Shown here: in pieces, positions 18,561 through 29,827 of the stretch | How the letters are laid out: the number at the start of each line of letters is the position of its first letter | How positions within the stretch are numbered: the first letter of the stretch is position 1 | Source: an uncultured Acidobacteriota bacterium | GTDB taxonomy: Bacteria; Acidobacteriota; UBA6911 | Assembly (NCBI GenBank): GCA_963761825.1 | Contig: CAVXIH010000009.1 | Span: forward strand, 542,632-606,631 | Length of the DNA: 64,000 nt | Direction of reading: 5' to 3' | Made by a program: the position numbers and the translations under genes | Notes under the pieces: model-generated | Told to the model about the DNA's origin: nothing | What the model saw: the letters and a program-made list of their open reading frames with translations, nothing else | Databases searched by the model: none

Positions 18561-20369
18561 TTAGAGGAGGTTGTAGTGGCTCAGCTTTTTTCTTAGGGTA
18601 ACGCGACTCATTGCCAGCAGGTCTGCCAGTTCGCGCTGGCTGTATTGGTTGGAATCCAAAAGGTAGCGCAGAAGCGTTTCCTCCACCGATTCCAGCAGCG
18701 CATCACGAATACCGGAAGTATCATTGCGGGAAACCAGGAAGCGGACGACCGCCTGGCGAAGTTCGGACTGTGGGTCCGCAACTTTTTCGGCATCGGGATT
18801 GGTCAGAAAATCTGGTCGGCCTTCCCTTATTTCCTCGGGTATCAGTTCAAGGGACACGGTATTGTCGGGGCTCATGACCACTGCCCTTTCAATGCAGTTT
18901 TCCAGTTCCCGTACATTTCCCGGCCACGAATGCGCCAGCAATGCGTCCAGCACTTCACGCGGCACCTGCGTAACCTGGCGATTTGCCTCGCGATTGTACT
19001 TTTCAAGAAAGTTATCCACCAGAAGCGGAATATCCTCGCGGCGATCGCGGAGCGGAGGCAGATGAATAGGGATGACGTTCAGCCGGTAGAACAGATCCTG
19101 GCGAAATCGTCCGGCCCGTATCTCCGCTCGCAGGTCCCGTCCGGTCGCGGCCACGATTCGGACATCCACCGTTATGGTTTTGCTCGATCCCACAGGTTCC
19201 AATTGATGTTCCTGCAGCACGCGCAGGAGCTTAACCTGAAGGCGCGGACTCATTTCGCTCACTTCATCGAGGAAGAGAGTCCCGCCTTCGGCCGTACGGA
19301 AGCGCCCTTCGTAATCGCGCACAGCCCCGGTAAAAGCGCCCTTCACATGACCGAACAGCTCTGTTTCAAGCAGGGTTTCCGGAAGCGCGCCGCAGTTTAC
19401 CTTAACGAGCGGACCCGCAGCTCGGTCGCTGTTATAATGCACGACATTCGCGATGAGTTCCTTGCCCGTGCCCGTCTCCCCTGTAATAAGGACCGACGAA
19501 CGCGAACGGGCGGCAGTCGCCGCCAATCCCAGCAGGCGCCGGATAGCCGCGCTTCCCCCTACGATGCTGTCGACTCGGTAGGTCCGCCGCAGTTCCTCGC
19601 CTCGCCGTGTCATCCGGTCGAGGTCCCGTTCTTTCCCCGCCTCGCGTTCCTGAACAGCGACTCCCTCATCCAAATCCAGAGCCTGCGGCGTCCCGATCGC
19701 GGCACTGCGCCCGGCGGCTTTGTGTATCGTAAGCGCCCTCTGCCCGTTGGACAGGGACACCTCGATGACAACCTGCGTAATGTGCCGCACTTTCGCCAGG
19801 AAAACTTCCGTGTGTGCTTCGGTTTCGATAAGCCAATACGCAAGGGTGGAAAGGTCATAGAGACGAGGGCACAAGTGCCCGAACAGTCGCGCGACCCGAT
19901 TCTCATCGCCCCAAAGATCCAGCATTCCGGTAAGCGAATCAAAAACATAGTTTGCCGACTGGCCTCCGCGCGTGCCAACTTCGATCAGAGCCTGCTCCAA
20001 CCGTGAGGGATCCGACGGGTCGGCAATATGGACCGGCGCATGCACTGCGTTGCGCGCAGGGTCATCAAAAAATTTGAGAAACATCTCGTCGGAATTTCCT
20101 TTGCCCGAGGAGAAGCAGTCGATAAGCGAAAACCGTCCGGGAGACATGAGCCTGGCGTACTTGGACGCTATGGTTTGAGGCGAACGGTTGAAGCTCACGT
20201 AAACAACCGGAATCCCACCCTGCTCGCAGGATTGAACAAAACTGGAGATGAAATGATCGCCGGCCACGCCGGAGTCGATTTCCCACACCAGATTATCCCC
20301 GGTGATCACTCCGCCAATCGCTTTGTCCACTTCGGGTATGCCCGTAGTGGGCTTATATCGAAATGCCAT
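18561..20369 (-). CDS. sigma-54-dependent transcriptional activator (bEBP) with N-terminal degenerate KaiC/RecA-like domain and C-terminal Fis-type HTH
   Basis: AAA+ sigma-54 interaction domain with GETGTGKE, GAFTGA and the LQVKLLRVLQE arginine-finger region. C-terminal HTH RELADLLAMSRVTLRKKL. N-terminal TGIPEVDKAIGGVITGDNLVWEIDSG resembles KaiC/RadA but has no Walker-A GKT. Confidence 0.8.
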   Translation of the reverse strand: MAFRYKPTTGIPEVDKAIGGVITGDNLVWEIDSGVAGDHFISSFVQSCEQGGIPVVYVSFNRSPQTIASKYARLMSPGRFSLIDCFSSGKGNSDEMFLKFFDDPARNAVHAPVHIADPSDPSRLEQALIEVGTRGGQSANYVFDSLTGMLDLWGDENRVARLFGHLCPRLYDLSTLAYWLIETEAHTEVFLAKVRHITQVVIEVSLSNGQRALTIHKAAGRSAAIGTPQALDLDEGVAVQEREAGKERDLDRMTRRGEELRRTYRVDSIVGGSAAIRRLLGLAATAARSRSSVLITGETGTGKELIANVVHYNSDRAAGPLVKVNCGALPETLLETELFGHVKGAFTGAVRDYEGRFRTAEGGTLFLDEVSEMSPRLQVKLLRVLQEHQLEPVGSSKTITVDVRIVAATGRDLRAEIRAGRFRQDLFYRLNVIPIHLPPLRDRREDIPLLVDNFLEKYNREANRQVTQVPREVLDALLAHSWPGNVRELENCIERAVVMSPDNTVSLELIPEEIREGRPDFLTNPDAEKVADPQSELRQAVVRFLVSRNDTSGIRDALLESVEETLLRYLLDSNQYSQRELADLLAMSRVTLRKKLSHYNLL

Positions 20370-20580
20370 AAAGCCATGTTAGAGCCATGCCCCATCTGCG
20401 TCAAGGCATTGGACAAGGTTCCGCCGACTCTAATCCCTATCACGGTGACATCCCATTCTCGGGATTTCATTTCCTCCGTGATTGCCATAAATGCGAACTA
20501 AATCCAGCTACGGATTGCCGATAGACGCGCTTTCCCTCTCGACCTTGAGTGGAGCTTGGGGATAGAATATCTCGCGGGAG

Positions 20581-22044
20581 TTGCTAAGAGCCTTGAATTC
20601 GCGACCATTGCGGGTACTTACGTCACTTTTTATTCTGGCCGTGCTCACATTCACGGCGCACTCGACCTTTCACGTCAATGCCACCACGGCGGGTTTCATA
20701 TACCTGCTGCTTGTGCTGGTGATCGCAAGCATCTGGGGATTTATTGAAGCGTCCATCCTTTCCATGGCAGCAACACTCGTATTCAATTACTTTTTTTTCC
20801 CCCCGGTTGGAACGTTCAACATCGCCGATCCGCACAATTGGGTTTCCCTGTTCAGTTTCCTCGGCACATCGTTGATTGCCAGCCGTCTTTCGACCAAGGC
20901 GAAGCGAAGAGCTTTAGATGCAATCGAGCGGCAGCAGGACATCGAGAGATTGTACACATTCAGCCGCGCCATTCTTCTAATCGATAATTCAGAGCCGTTT
21001 GGGACGCAGCTTATCCGAAAGCTGGGGGACATTTTCCAGTTGAGCGCTGCATCCCTATATGATCGGCGGACCGGAGATTTTCACCGGGCCGGCTCATCAG
21101 AACTCGATGGCATGGATGACAGGTTGCGCGAAATGGCGTTGCACGGCACCGCATATTCGAACAACCAATCCGGGTGCGTTTTAACCGCTGTCCGTCTGGG
21201 GTCGGAACCTATTGCAAGTCTCGCCATCCAGGGCGCACGGATGCCGGATTCTGTTCTACAGGGGATCGCGAACCTTGTGGCGATTGGTTTGGAAAGGGCA
21301 AGAGCACAGGATCTTGCGCGGCAGGTTGAGGCCGCGCGACAGAGCGAGCAGTTAAGAACGACGCTCATCGACGCCATGGCTCACGAATTCAAGACGCCTC
21401 TCACATCCATAAAGGCTGCAACCACAGCGCTGCTGGCCGATCCCGATCAACTAAAGGAGAATCGCACGGAATTGCTCAATATTGCGGATGAGGAAGCAGA
21501 GCATTTGCGGCAGCTCATCGATGACACGGTAGCCATGGCTCGTCTTGACACCGCACATATAGAGATCAACCCGCAAATTTCGGATATTATTGAAATTGTC
21601 CATGAAGTGGTTTATTCAATGAGAACCGAGCTTGAGGGGCGTCCTCTGGAGATATCCAACGAGGAACCGATCCCGGAGATTGCTTTTGACCGTCGGTTGA
21701 TAAAGCTCGCGATCAAACAACTGATCGACAATGCCGTCAAATATTCGCCCGCAGGAACTCCGCTGGAGATTCAGGTGCGGCGGGGCAATGATGTAATCGA
21801 CGTGGAATTGACGGATCACGGCGAGGGAATACCCGAAAAGGAGCAGCGTCACATTTTCGAAAGGTTTTTCAGAAGCCCTTCTGTGCTGCATCAGATACCG
21901 GGCTCCGGTCTCGGGCTGAGCATCGCCCATGGCATTCTGCGTGCCCATCATGGAGATTTGACGGTACAAAGTCGGCCGGGCAAAACCACATTTCGTTTAA
22001 CCTTGCCTGCAAACTATGGAGGAGAAGCCTTTGAGCGCGGGTAG
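20581..22044 (+). CDS. kdpD: KdpD C-terminal half: membrane (DUF4118-like) domain, GAF, HisKA and HATPase sensor histidine kinase
   Basis: 4 TM helices, HEFKTPLTSI H-box, N/G1/G2 ATPase boxes. It lacks the KdpD N-terminal sensor domain, which is encoded separately at 30439 and 31527. Confidence 0.75.
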   Translation: MLRALNSRPLRVLTSLFILAVLTFTAHSTFHVNATTAGFIYLLLVLVIASIWGFIEASILSMAATLVFNYFFFPPVGTFNIADPHNWVSLFSFLGTSLIASRLSTKAKRRALDAIERQQDIERLYTFSRAILLIDNSEPFGTQLIRKLGDIFQLSAASLYDRRTGDFHRAGSSELDGMDDRLREMALHGTAYSNNQSGCVLTAVRLGSEPIASLAIQGARMPDSVLQGIANLVAIGLERARAQDLARQVEAARQSEQLRTTLIDAMAHEFKTPLTSIKAATTALLADPDQLKENRTELLNIADEEAEHLRQLIDDTVAMARLDTAHIEINPQISDIIEIVHEVVYSMRTELEGRPLEISNEEPIPEIAFDRRLIKLAIKQLIDNAVKYSPAGTPLEIQVRRGNDVIDVELTDHGEGIPEKEQRHIFERFFRSPSVLHQIPGSGLGLSIAHGILRAHHGDLTVQSRPGKTTFRLTLPANYGGEAFERG

Positions 22045-22729
22045 AATTCTCGTAATTGACGATGAGCCTCAAATTCGGCGTCTCATGCGCACAACGCTGA
22101 TCAGCGCCGGATATGAAGTGGACGATGCCAGAACGGGAGAAGAGGGACTTGAAAAAATAGGCGAGTATCATCCGGATCTGGTATTGCTTGATATTAACAT
22201 GCCCGGAATGGGTGGTTTGGCAACCTGCGAAGCTCTCCGGGCAGACAAAAACATAGCCATTATCATGCTCACCGTCCGCGATTCTGAAGCGGATAAGGTT
22301 GCCGCACTGGATGCGGGCGCCGATGATTTCGTCACGAAACCATTCAGCACGCCGGAGCTTTTGGCGCGAATACGTGCAGCCCTCCGGCGAGTGCCGGTCT
22401 CGCAGGCGTCCCCCGCGAGAATTCAGATCGGCAGTCTCGTCATCGACTTCGTAGCCCGGACCGTCTCAAAAGGCGACAAACCGACACACCTGACACCCAA
22501 AGAGCTGGAATTGCTTCGCTACCTTTCCCAGCATGCGAATCAGGTAGTTTCCCACCGCGAATTGCTGCAGGCCATTTGGGGCCCGGATTACGGCAACCAG
22601 GTCGATTACCTTCGAGTATTCATTAAAAACCTGCGCAAGAAAATAGAGTTGAATCCCGATCACCCTGAATACATCACGACCGAGCCTTGGGTCGGATATC
22701 GATTCAACGGCCTTCCGGAATCTTTATGA
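22016..22729 (+). CDS. kdpE: KdpE OmpR-family response regulator
   Basis: Receiver RILVIDDEPQIRRL...LLDINMPGMGG plus winged-helix output domain. Overlaps the kinase stop. Confidence 0.8.
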   Translation: MEEKPLSAGRILVIDDEPQIRRLMRTTLISAGYEVDDARTGEEGLEKIGEYHPDLVLLDINMPGMGGLATCEALRADKNIAIIMLTVRDSEADKVAALDAGADDFVTKPFSTPELLARIRAALRRVPVSQASPARIQIGSLVIDFVARTVSKGDKPTHLTPKELELLRYLSQHANQVVSHRELLQAIWGPDYGNQVDYLRVFIKNLRKKIELNPDHPEYITTEPWVGYRFNGLPESL

Positions 22730-22807
22730 TTTCTTCATTAATTTTCCATCATTTCTTTATGTCATCTCCATGATTTCTTTAGCTCGCCCGGCGTATGCTT
22801 TTACGCC

Positions 22808-25081
22808 ATGAATAGAAACGGGAAAGTCCTGTCAAATCCTGATCGATCTGCCACAACGAAGGTGGTGGTTGCCAGCACCGTAATGCTTTCATTCATATCC
22901 ATGTGGCGCGCTGCGGCCATCGTTCTTAACGACCTTGGTTCCAGTGTGTACTACGCCGGAGGCATTGCAGAGCAGGCGATCGGGCAGAGCGCCCCGTGGT
23001 TCATCATGGGAGTGATGCTGTTCAGCTTTGCTGTCCGATCCGTGTATATGGAAAGCAGCAGCATGTTTGTGCGCGGGGGCGTGTATGTTGTGGTCCGGGA
23101 TGCCATGGGCTCGTTTGTTGCGCGGCTCTCCGTATCCGCTCTGCTGTTCGACTATATTCTCACGGGTCCCATCAGCAGCGTCAGCGCCGGTCAATATCTC
23201 GGGCGGCTTATCAATGAAGCGGCCGCATCCACAAGATTTGGAATACAGGTTTCGCCGGATTTTTTTGCAGTCGTATTCGCGATTGCCGTGACGCTTTATT
23301 TCTGGTGGCAGAACATCAAGGGAATTCCCGAGTCCAGCACTAAAGCGCTGCGCATCATGCAGGTAATGACCGTGATGGTTGTCATGTTTCTTGTGTGGTG
23401 TTCCGTTACCTTGATCGCCCGGGGACCGTCTCAAATGCCGCCGGCGCCCACGCCTGCGAATCTGCAATTCAATCAGGAAAGCCTCGGATGGTTTCACGGG
23501 ACAGTTTGGCCGACGATTCCAATGATAGCGATCATCATCGCATTCGGCCACTCCATGCTTTCCATGAGCGGCTTTGAAACGCTGGCCCAGATATATCGAG
23601 AAATAGCGGCCCCAAAGCTGAAAAACCTGAAGATTACCGGGACGGTTGTCTGCATTTATGCCGCAATGTCCACCGGCCTTATTACTCTCCTGGCGGCGAT
23701 GATCATTCCCGATCAAGCCAGGAAGAACTACGTCGACAACCTACTCGGCGGACTGGCCATGCATCTGGCCGGCCCGGAACTGCTGCGGCTCGCTTTTCAC
23801 TTCTTTGTGGTCGTGGTCGGAGTCCTCATCCTTTCAGGCGCGGTCAACACCTCCATCATCGGCGCGAATGGCGTCATGAACCGCGTAGCCGAAGACAGGG
23901 TCCTCCACAAAGCATTTCAAAAACCGCATCCGCGATTCGGCACGACCTATCGAATCATCAATCTGGTCACGGCGATGCAAATCATCACGATTATCGCGAG
24001 TCGCGGCCATATTTATCTGCTCGGCGAAGCCTACGCCTTCGGGATCGTTTGGAGTTTCTTCCTGAAAACTCTGAGCGTGCTTGTGCTCCGATTTCAGCGG
24101 AACGATCAGGGATACAAGATGCCGCTGAATATCAGAATCGGCCGTCTGGAAATTCCTCTCGGACTCGGGATCACAAGTCTGGTGTTATTTGTGGTGGCTT
24201 TGGCAAATATGTTTTCAAAGAGGATCGCCACCCTTTCGGGCGTTTCGTTCATGATTGTTTTATTCCTCATATTCACAATCTCCGAGCGAATGATGCGCGC
24301 CAAAAAGCAGGACAGCGGATTGGAGCAGTTTAATCTGGATATCCGGAGTGATGTCTCTGCAGAAACGATGCACGTGCGGCCGGGCTGCGTACTGGTGGCG
24401 GTTCGGGATCACAACCGAATGCAGCACCTGCAATCGGTTTTGAATAAAACAAGCGTTCGCAAGCACGACATCGTCGTCATGAGCATGCGCAGAGTCTCTA
24501 AAGCGGGCGCAGGCGAATATGAGTTGAGCAGGAATCAGCTTTTTGCGGAATATGAGCAGGTTTTATTTTCGCATGTTGTCAGCATGGCGGAGAAAGAGGG
24601 CAAACCGGTGGAGCTTGTCGTTGCTCCAGGCTTTAATCCCTTCGATGCAATGGTGCAAACCGCCTCGAGATTGAAGGCCTCGCGCCTGGTCACGGGAGTT
24701 TCGGCCCGGATGGCTTCGGAAGAATTGGCGCGCAGGATCGGGCGTGCATGGGAAAGATTGCCGGAACCCCGACATCCATTTTCTCTGGAAATCATTTCGG
24801 AAGGCCGGCCATCGATTTTTGTCAACCTGGGACCGCATCCGCCGCGACTCTGGCCGGGAGATATTGATCTCGCTCACAGGATGTGGCTCGAGTTAAGCGC
24901 GAAATTTGGCTCGAGGCTGCATCATCGGGATGTCATCGGCGTCGCACTGCGCCGCATGAACAAAGACATGCAATCTCTGCAACGGCAAAATGTGATGTCC
25001 GACATGTCTGAAGAACTATTGCACCACCCCGAACTGCAATCGACCCAAGATCAGAAAAACGAGGATCCCGGCCTTGCATAA
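22808..25081 (+). CDS. APC-superfamily amino-acid/cation permease fused to a C-terminal UspA-like domain
   Basis: About 12 TM helices (residues 1-480), then a cytoplasmic Usp-like alpha/beta domain (VLVAVRDHNRMQHL...LVTGVSAR). 757 aa, intact. Confidence 0.6.
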   Translation: MNRNGKVLSNPDRSATTKVVVASTVMLSFISMWRAAAIVLNDLGSSVYYAGGIAEQAIGQSAPWFIMGVMLFSFAVRSVYMESSSMFVRGGVYVVVRDAMGSFVARLSVSALLFDYILTGPISSVSAGQYLGRLINEAAASTRFGIQVSPDFFAVVFAIAVTLYFWWQNIKGIPESSTKALRIMQVMTVMVVMFLVWCSVTLIARGPSQMPPAPTPANLQFNQESLGWFHGTVWPTIPMIAIIIAFGHSMLSMSGFETLAQIYREIAAPKLKNLKITGTVVCIYAAMSTGLITLLAAMIIPDQARKNYVDNLLGGLAMHLAGPELLRLAFHFFVVVVGVLILSGAVNTSIIGANGVMNRVAEDRVLHKAFQKPHPRFGTTYRIINLVTAMQIITIIASRGHIYLLGEAYAFGIVWSFFLKTLSVLVLRFQRNDQGYKMPLNIRIGRLEIPLGLGITSLVLFVVALANMFSKRIATLSGVSFMIVLFLIFTISERMMRAKKQDSGLEQFNLDIRSDVSAETMHVRPGCVLVAVRDHNRMQHLQSVLNKTSVRKHDIVVMSMRRVSKAGAGEYELSRNQLFAEYEQVLFSHVVSMAEKEGKPVELVVAPGFNPFDAMVQTASRLKASRLVTGVSARMASEELARRIGRAWERLPEPRHPFSLEIISEGRPSIFVNLGPHPPRLWPGDIDLAHRMWLELSAKFGSRLHHRDVIGVALRRMNKDMQSLQRQNVMSDMSEELLHHPELQSTQDQKNEDPGLA

Positions 25082-25692
25082 ATTTTCCATTCATTCCGGG
25101 CAATCGGCTTGCCGATTCCTTAATTAATTCTTCATAACTTCTCCATTGCTTCTTCCCGGCTTTGCTACGAGATCTTCAGGGGTGACGGCGTATGCTTTTT
25201 CCATGAGGAGCGTGCATATGCAAGTTTCTTCTGATTTGAAAATGTTCGTGGGCAAAAAAACTGAGATGAATAAACGGAGTTCTAACATTCCGAATTGTTC
25301 GCGACCGGTGGTCGTTTTATTCACATCTGCGAACCGGACGCTAAAAGCATTAGAGTCGGCACGCAGCCTGGCGAAGACGCTTTGCCGCCCTATCGTGGTT
25401 CTGGCGACACCGGTCATTCCCTACCCTCTACAGCTTGAAGAACCGCAGGTTCCCTTTGATTTCACAATAAGACAGTTCGCTGAAACGGCCGAAAAATTTC
25501 CCGAAAATATTTCGGTTGTCGCCTACCGCTGCCGCGACCGGCTGGAGACGCTGAAACAGGTTCTCCCGCCCGATTCTCCCGATCCTTATCGGCATCAGGA
25601 AAAGATGGTGGCCAACCCGCGATGAGCGATTAGCCAGGAAACTGGGGCGCGCCGGCTATTCGGTGACTGTAGTCGAAACGGAATGAACCACT

Positions 25693-25776
25693 ATGCTCGA
25701 CCTTTTTTATCTCGCAATTGGAACGGCTGTCCTCCTGATTTTTTGGGCCTTCACAAAAGCGTGCGACAAGCTGTAG
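25693..25776 (+). CDS. 27-aa hydrophobic micro-peptide (MLDLFYLAIGTAVLLIFWAFTKACDKL), KdpF-like, unannotated
   Basis: Single TM helix, located 10 nt upstream of kdpF. Not in the ORF track because it is under 60 aa. Confidence 0.35.
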   Translation: MLDLFYLAIGTAVLLIFWAFTKACDKL

Positions 25777-25785
25777 GAGATTGCA

Positions 25786-25869
25786 ATGGAATACATCATC
25801 GCCGGCCTGGTATCCATCGGCCTGTTTGTTTACCTGATTTATGCGCTTCTGAAGCCGGAGCGCTTCTGA
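25786..25869 (+). CDS. kdpF: KdpF, K+-transporting ATPase small subunit
   Basis: MEYIIAGLVSIGLFVYLIYALLKPERF. GGAGA RBS. Immediately upstream of kdpA. Confidence 0.8.
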   Translation: MEYIIAGLVSIGLFVYLIYALLKPERF

Positions 25870-25879
25870 GGAACACACC

Positions 25880-27650
25880 ATGACAAGCCAGGGTATCCTC
25901 CAGATACTTTTTTATTTTGCCGTGCTTCTTGCGCTGACGATGCCTCTCGGTTCGTACATGGCGCGGGTTTATGAAGGGCGAAGGACCTTTCTGCATCCCG
26001 ATCCTCCGTCCACTGGAGCGCCTGTTGTATGCCGCTGGGCGGAGTCAAGGAGGGGGCTGAGCAGCGCTGGACTCAGTATGCAGCTTCGCTTCTGGCCTTC
26101 AGCTTGTTTGTTTTGTTTTCACCTATGCCTTGCAGCGCTTCAGGGAATCCTGCCGCTGAATCCGGCGGGTTTCGGAGCAAAGCAGGCAACGCCGGATCTT
26201 TCCTTCAATACCGCCGTCAGCTTCATGACAAATACGAACTGGCAGGCTTATGGCGGCGAAACGACCCTGAGTTATTTCGTCCAGATGGTCGCGCTGACCG
26301 TGCAAAATTTCGTTTCGGCCGCGGCCGGGATGGCCGTTGCCGATAGCGCTGATCCGGGGATTTGCCCGGCGGCAGCAGAACACGATCGGCAATTTCTGGG
26401 TCGATCTGTGCGGGGAACCGTATACATCCTGTTGCCGCTTGCATTGGTTGGCGCCCTTTTGCTCTGCTCGCAGGGCGTGGTTCAGAACTTCAGATCCTAT
26501 ACGACGGCCACCACGCTTGAGGGTGAAACGCAGACGATCGCGCAAGGTCCGGCGGCGTCCCAGATCTCGATCAAGCAATTGGGCACAAATGGCGGAGGCT
26601 TTTTCAACGCCAATTCCGCGCATCCGCTCGAAAATCCGACGCCGCTTTCCAACTTCCTCGAGAGCTCTGTTCATCCTTCTGATACCCGCCGGCCTGGTTT
26701 ACACATTCGGGAAGATGGTGAAGGACACCCGGCAGGGCTGGGCCGTATTTGCGACGATGAGCCTTCTGTTTTTGGCCGGGGTCTTCATCTGCTATCCGGC
26801 GGAGCAGTCGGGCAATCCCAATCTCGCCCGACTGGGCGTGCAGATGGAAGCAACGGCAGACGCAGCCCGGCGGCAATATGGAAGGGAAGGAAGTCCGTTT
26901 CGGCATTGCGCCGTCTGCTCTATGGGCCGTGGCGACTACCGACGCCAGCAACGGCAGCGTCAACAGCATGCACGACAGCTATACGCCGCTCGGCGGCCTG
27001 GTCCCGCTGTTCAATATACAGACCGGCGAGGTCATCTTCGGCGGCGTCGGCGCCGGCCTCTACGGGATGCTTCTGTTTGCCATCATTGCCGTATTCATCG
27101 CCGGCCTGATGGTTGGACGCACGCCGGAATATCTGGGCAAGAAGATTGAGGGCAAGGAAGTCAAAATGGCGATGCTGGCTCTGATCGCATGCGCCGCCAG
27201 CATTCTGGTCTTCACGCGCGGTCAGCTCCCAAATCAGCTTTGCCCAAGGCAGCTACTGGAATGCGCCGGGAGCCAGCCGCCGCCAATCTGAACAATAGCG
27301 GCCCGCACGGCCTCTCAGAGATTCTCTACGCCTATTCGAGCGGCACCGGCAACAATGGCAGCGCCTTCGCAGGACTGAACGCCAACACTCCCTGGTACAA
27401 CCTGACGATCGGATTGGCAATGCTCATCGGGCGTTTCCTGATCATCATTCCTATGCTGGCGGTGGCCGGAAGCCTGGCAACCAAGAAAGCCGTGCCTGCC
27501 ACAAGCGGCACCCTCCCGACACACGGACTCCTGTTCGTCGGCCTCCTGGCTGGAACTGTAATCATCGTCGGAGCGCTGACATTTTTCCCGGCACTATCGC
27601 TGACACCGATTGTGGAGCATTTTCTGATGAATGGCGGCCGGCTCTTTTAG
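25880..27650 (+). CDS. kdpA: KdpA, K+-transporting ATPase subunit A (disrupted by 3 or more frameshifts)
   Basis: [31 protein letters not shown]-terminus and [10 protein letters not shown]-terminus. Pieces 25880-, 26337-, 26878-, 27189-27650 are collinear with KdpA. Confidence 0.75.
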
Positions 27651-27677
27651 CCTGGTTGCAGTGGAGGGATTAGAACC

Positions 27678-29817
27678 ATGTCGACAATGACTGCGCACCC
27701 GAGCTTCAACACAACTGTCGTTCCAGCAAGACGATCCGCTTCGCTTCTTCCCAAGAAACTCATGCGATCGCGTCCCTTGTTCGATCGCGAAATCGTCAGC
27801 CGTGCGGTTCGTGCATCTTTTGTCAAGCTGAATCCGATTGCGCTGATGAAGAATCCGGTGATGTTTGTTGTCGAAACAGGAGCGGCGCTCACCACGTTGT
27901 TTCTGATCCGCGATATATTTGTCGGTGGAACGCGGCATCGGCTTTTCATTTCAGATCGCGCTGTGGCTTTGGTTCACTGTGCTGTTTGCCAACTTCGCCG
28001 AAGCTATGGCGGAAGCGCGCGGGAAAGCTCAGGCGGATGCGCTCCGAAAGACCCGGACGGAGGCGCTGGCAAAACGGCTGGGATCCGGAGGCAAAATCGA
28101 CCCGCGTGCCCGGTTCGGCGCTGCGCAGTCGGGGATATTGTGCTTTGCGAGCGGGCGATCTGATTCCGGGAGACGGCGAGGTGATTGAGGGCATCGCTAC
28201 GGTCGATGAATCGGTGATTACGGGTGAAAGCGCACCCGTCATTCGCGAATCAGGCGGCGACCGCAGCGCGGTGACCGGCGGCACCAAGGTGCTGTCAGAC
28301 CATATCAAGATCCGCATCACCTCCAATCCGGGCGAGACGTTTCTGGACCGGATGATTGCCCTGGTTGAGGGGGCGGAACGCCAGAAAACTCCGAATGAGA
28401 TTGCCCTGAATATCCTGATCGCCGGTCTGACTCTCATATTTCTGCTTGCGGTGGTTACGCTGCATCCCTATGCGGCATTCAGCGTTGGATCAGGCGGGTT
28501 CGGGAACCGTTCCTTCGGTGGCGGTCTTGGTTTCGTTGCTCGTTTGCCTGATTCCGACAACCATTGGCGGTCTGTTGTCTGCCATCGGCATAGCGGGCAT
28601 GGATCGGGTCATGCAGCACAACGTGCTGGCGCTGAGCGGGAAAGCGGTGGAAGCCGCAGGGGATGTCAATTCGCTGCTGCTGGATAAGACCGGCACGATC
28701 ACGCTCGGGAATCGACAGGCGGTCGAATTTCTGCCGGTCCACGGCGTGAGTCCGGAAGAATTGGCGGACGCAGCCCAATTATCAAGCCTGGCTGACGAAA
28801 CGCCGGAAGGGCCGTTCCATCGTCGTGCTGGCCAAAGAAAAGTATCGGCTGCGGGGACGGCACATTCCCGAAGGCGAGGCTGTCTTCATTCCCTTTTCGG
28901 CCTATACGCGCATGAGCGGCGTCGATTTCGCCGGAACGACGCTTCCGCAAGGGAGCCACGGATGCAATCTGCAAATATCGTGCGCGAGTGTGGCGGCCGG
29001 GTGGCAGACGAGATCCAGGAAATAAGCGATCGCATCGCGCGCAACGGCGGGACGCCTCTTGCCGTGGCCGATGGGGAACGGCTGCTTGGCATCATTCACC
29101 TGAAGGATATCGTGAAGGGCGGCATGAAGGAACGGATCGCACAACTGCGGTGCATGGGGATCCGCACGGTGATGATTACCGGAGATAATCCTCTCACCGC
29201 GGCCGCAATTGCCGGCGAGGCCGGCGTAGATGATTTCATTGCCCAGGCCACTCCCAAGGCAAAGCTCGAATACATTAAGAGGGAGCAGGTCGCCGGCCGC
29301 CTCGTCGCAATGACCGGCGATGGCACCAACGATGCCCCGGCTTTGGCTCAGGCCGACGTCGGGTTGGCAATGAATACCGGAACGATGGCAGCCAAAGAAG
29401 CCGGCAACATGGTGGATCTGGACAGCAATCCGACCAAGCTCATCGAGGTCGTGGCCATAGGAAAGCAGTTGCTGATCACCCGAGGCGCTCTGACCACCTT
29501 CTCCATCGCCAATGACGTGGCCAAATATTTCGCGATCATCCCCGCCATGTTCATGGCGACCTATCCCGCGCTCCGCGCACTGAACATCATGGGACTGCAC
29601 ACGCCCGCAAAGCGCGGTGCTCTCGGCGGTGATCTTCAACGCCCTGATCATCATCGCCCTGGTTCCGCTGGCTCTGCGCGGAGTGCGATATCGGCCTCTC
29701 GATGCCGCCAGCCTGCTGCGGCGGAATCTGCTGATCTACGGGCTCGGCGGTATCATCGCGCCCTTTCCCTGCATCTGGCTCATCGACCAAATGATTTGCG
29801 CGCTTGGCTTGGCATGA
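27678..29817 (+). CDS. kdpB: KdpB, K+-transporting P-type ATPase subunit B (disrupted by several frameshifts)
   Basis: KdpB N-terminus ([19 protein letters not shown]), phosphorylation site DKTGTIT, and [17 protein letters not shown] hinge, spread over 4 or more frames. Confidence 0.75.
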
Positions 29818-29827
29818 GGAGAGAGAA

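Noticed and set aside
20028-20501. 157-aa plus-strand ORF at the 5' end of the bEBP gene.
   Set aside because: It is antisense to the well-supported KaiC-like domain of the activator. It has no features.
25146-25625. 159-aa ORF between the APC-Usp gene and kdpF.
   Set aside because: It has no motifs, no clear RBS and an odd composition. It may be real (possible start MQVSSDLKMF at about 25217), but there is too little evidence to call it.
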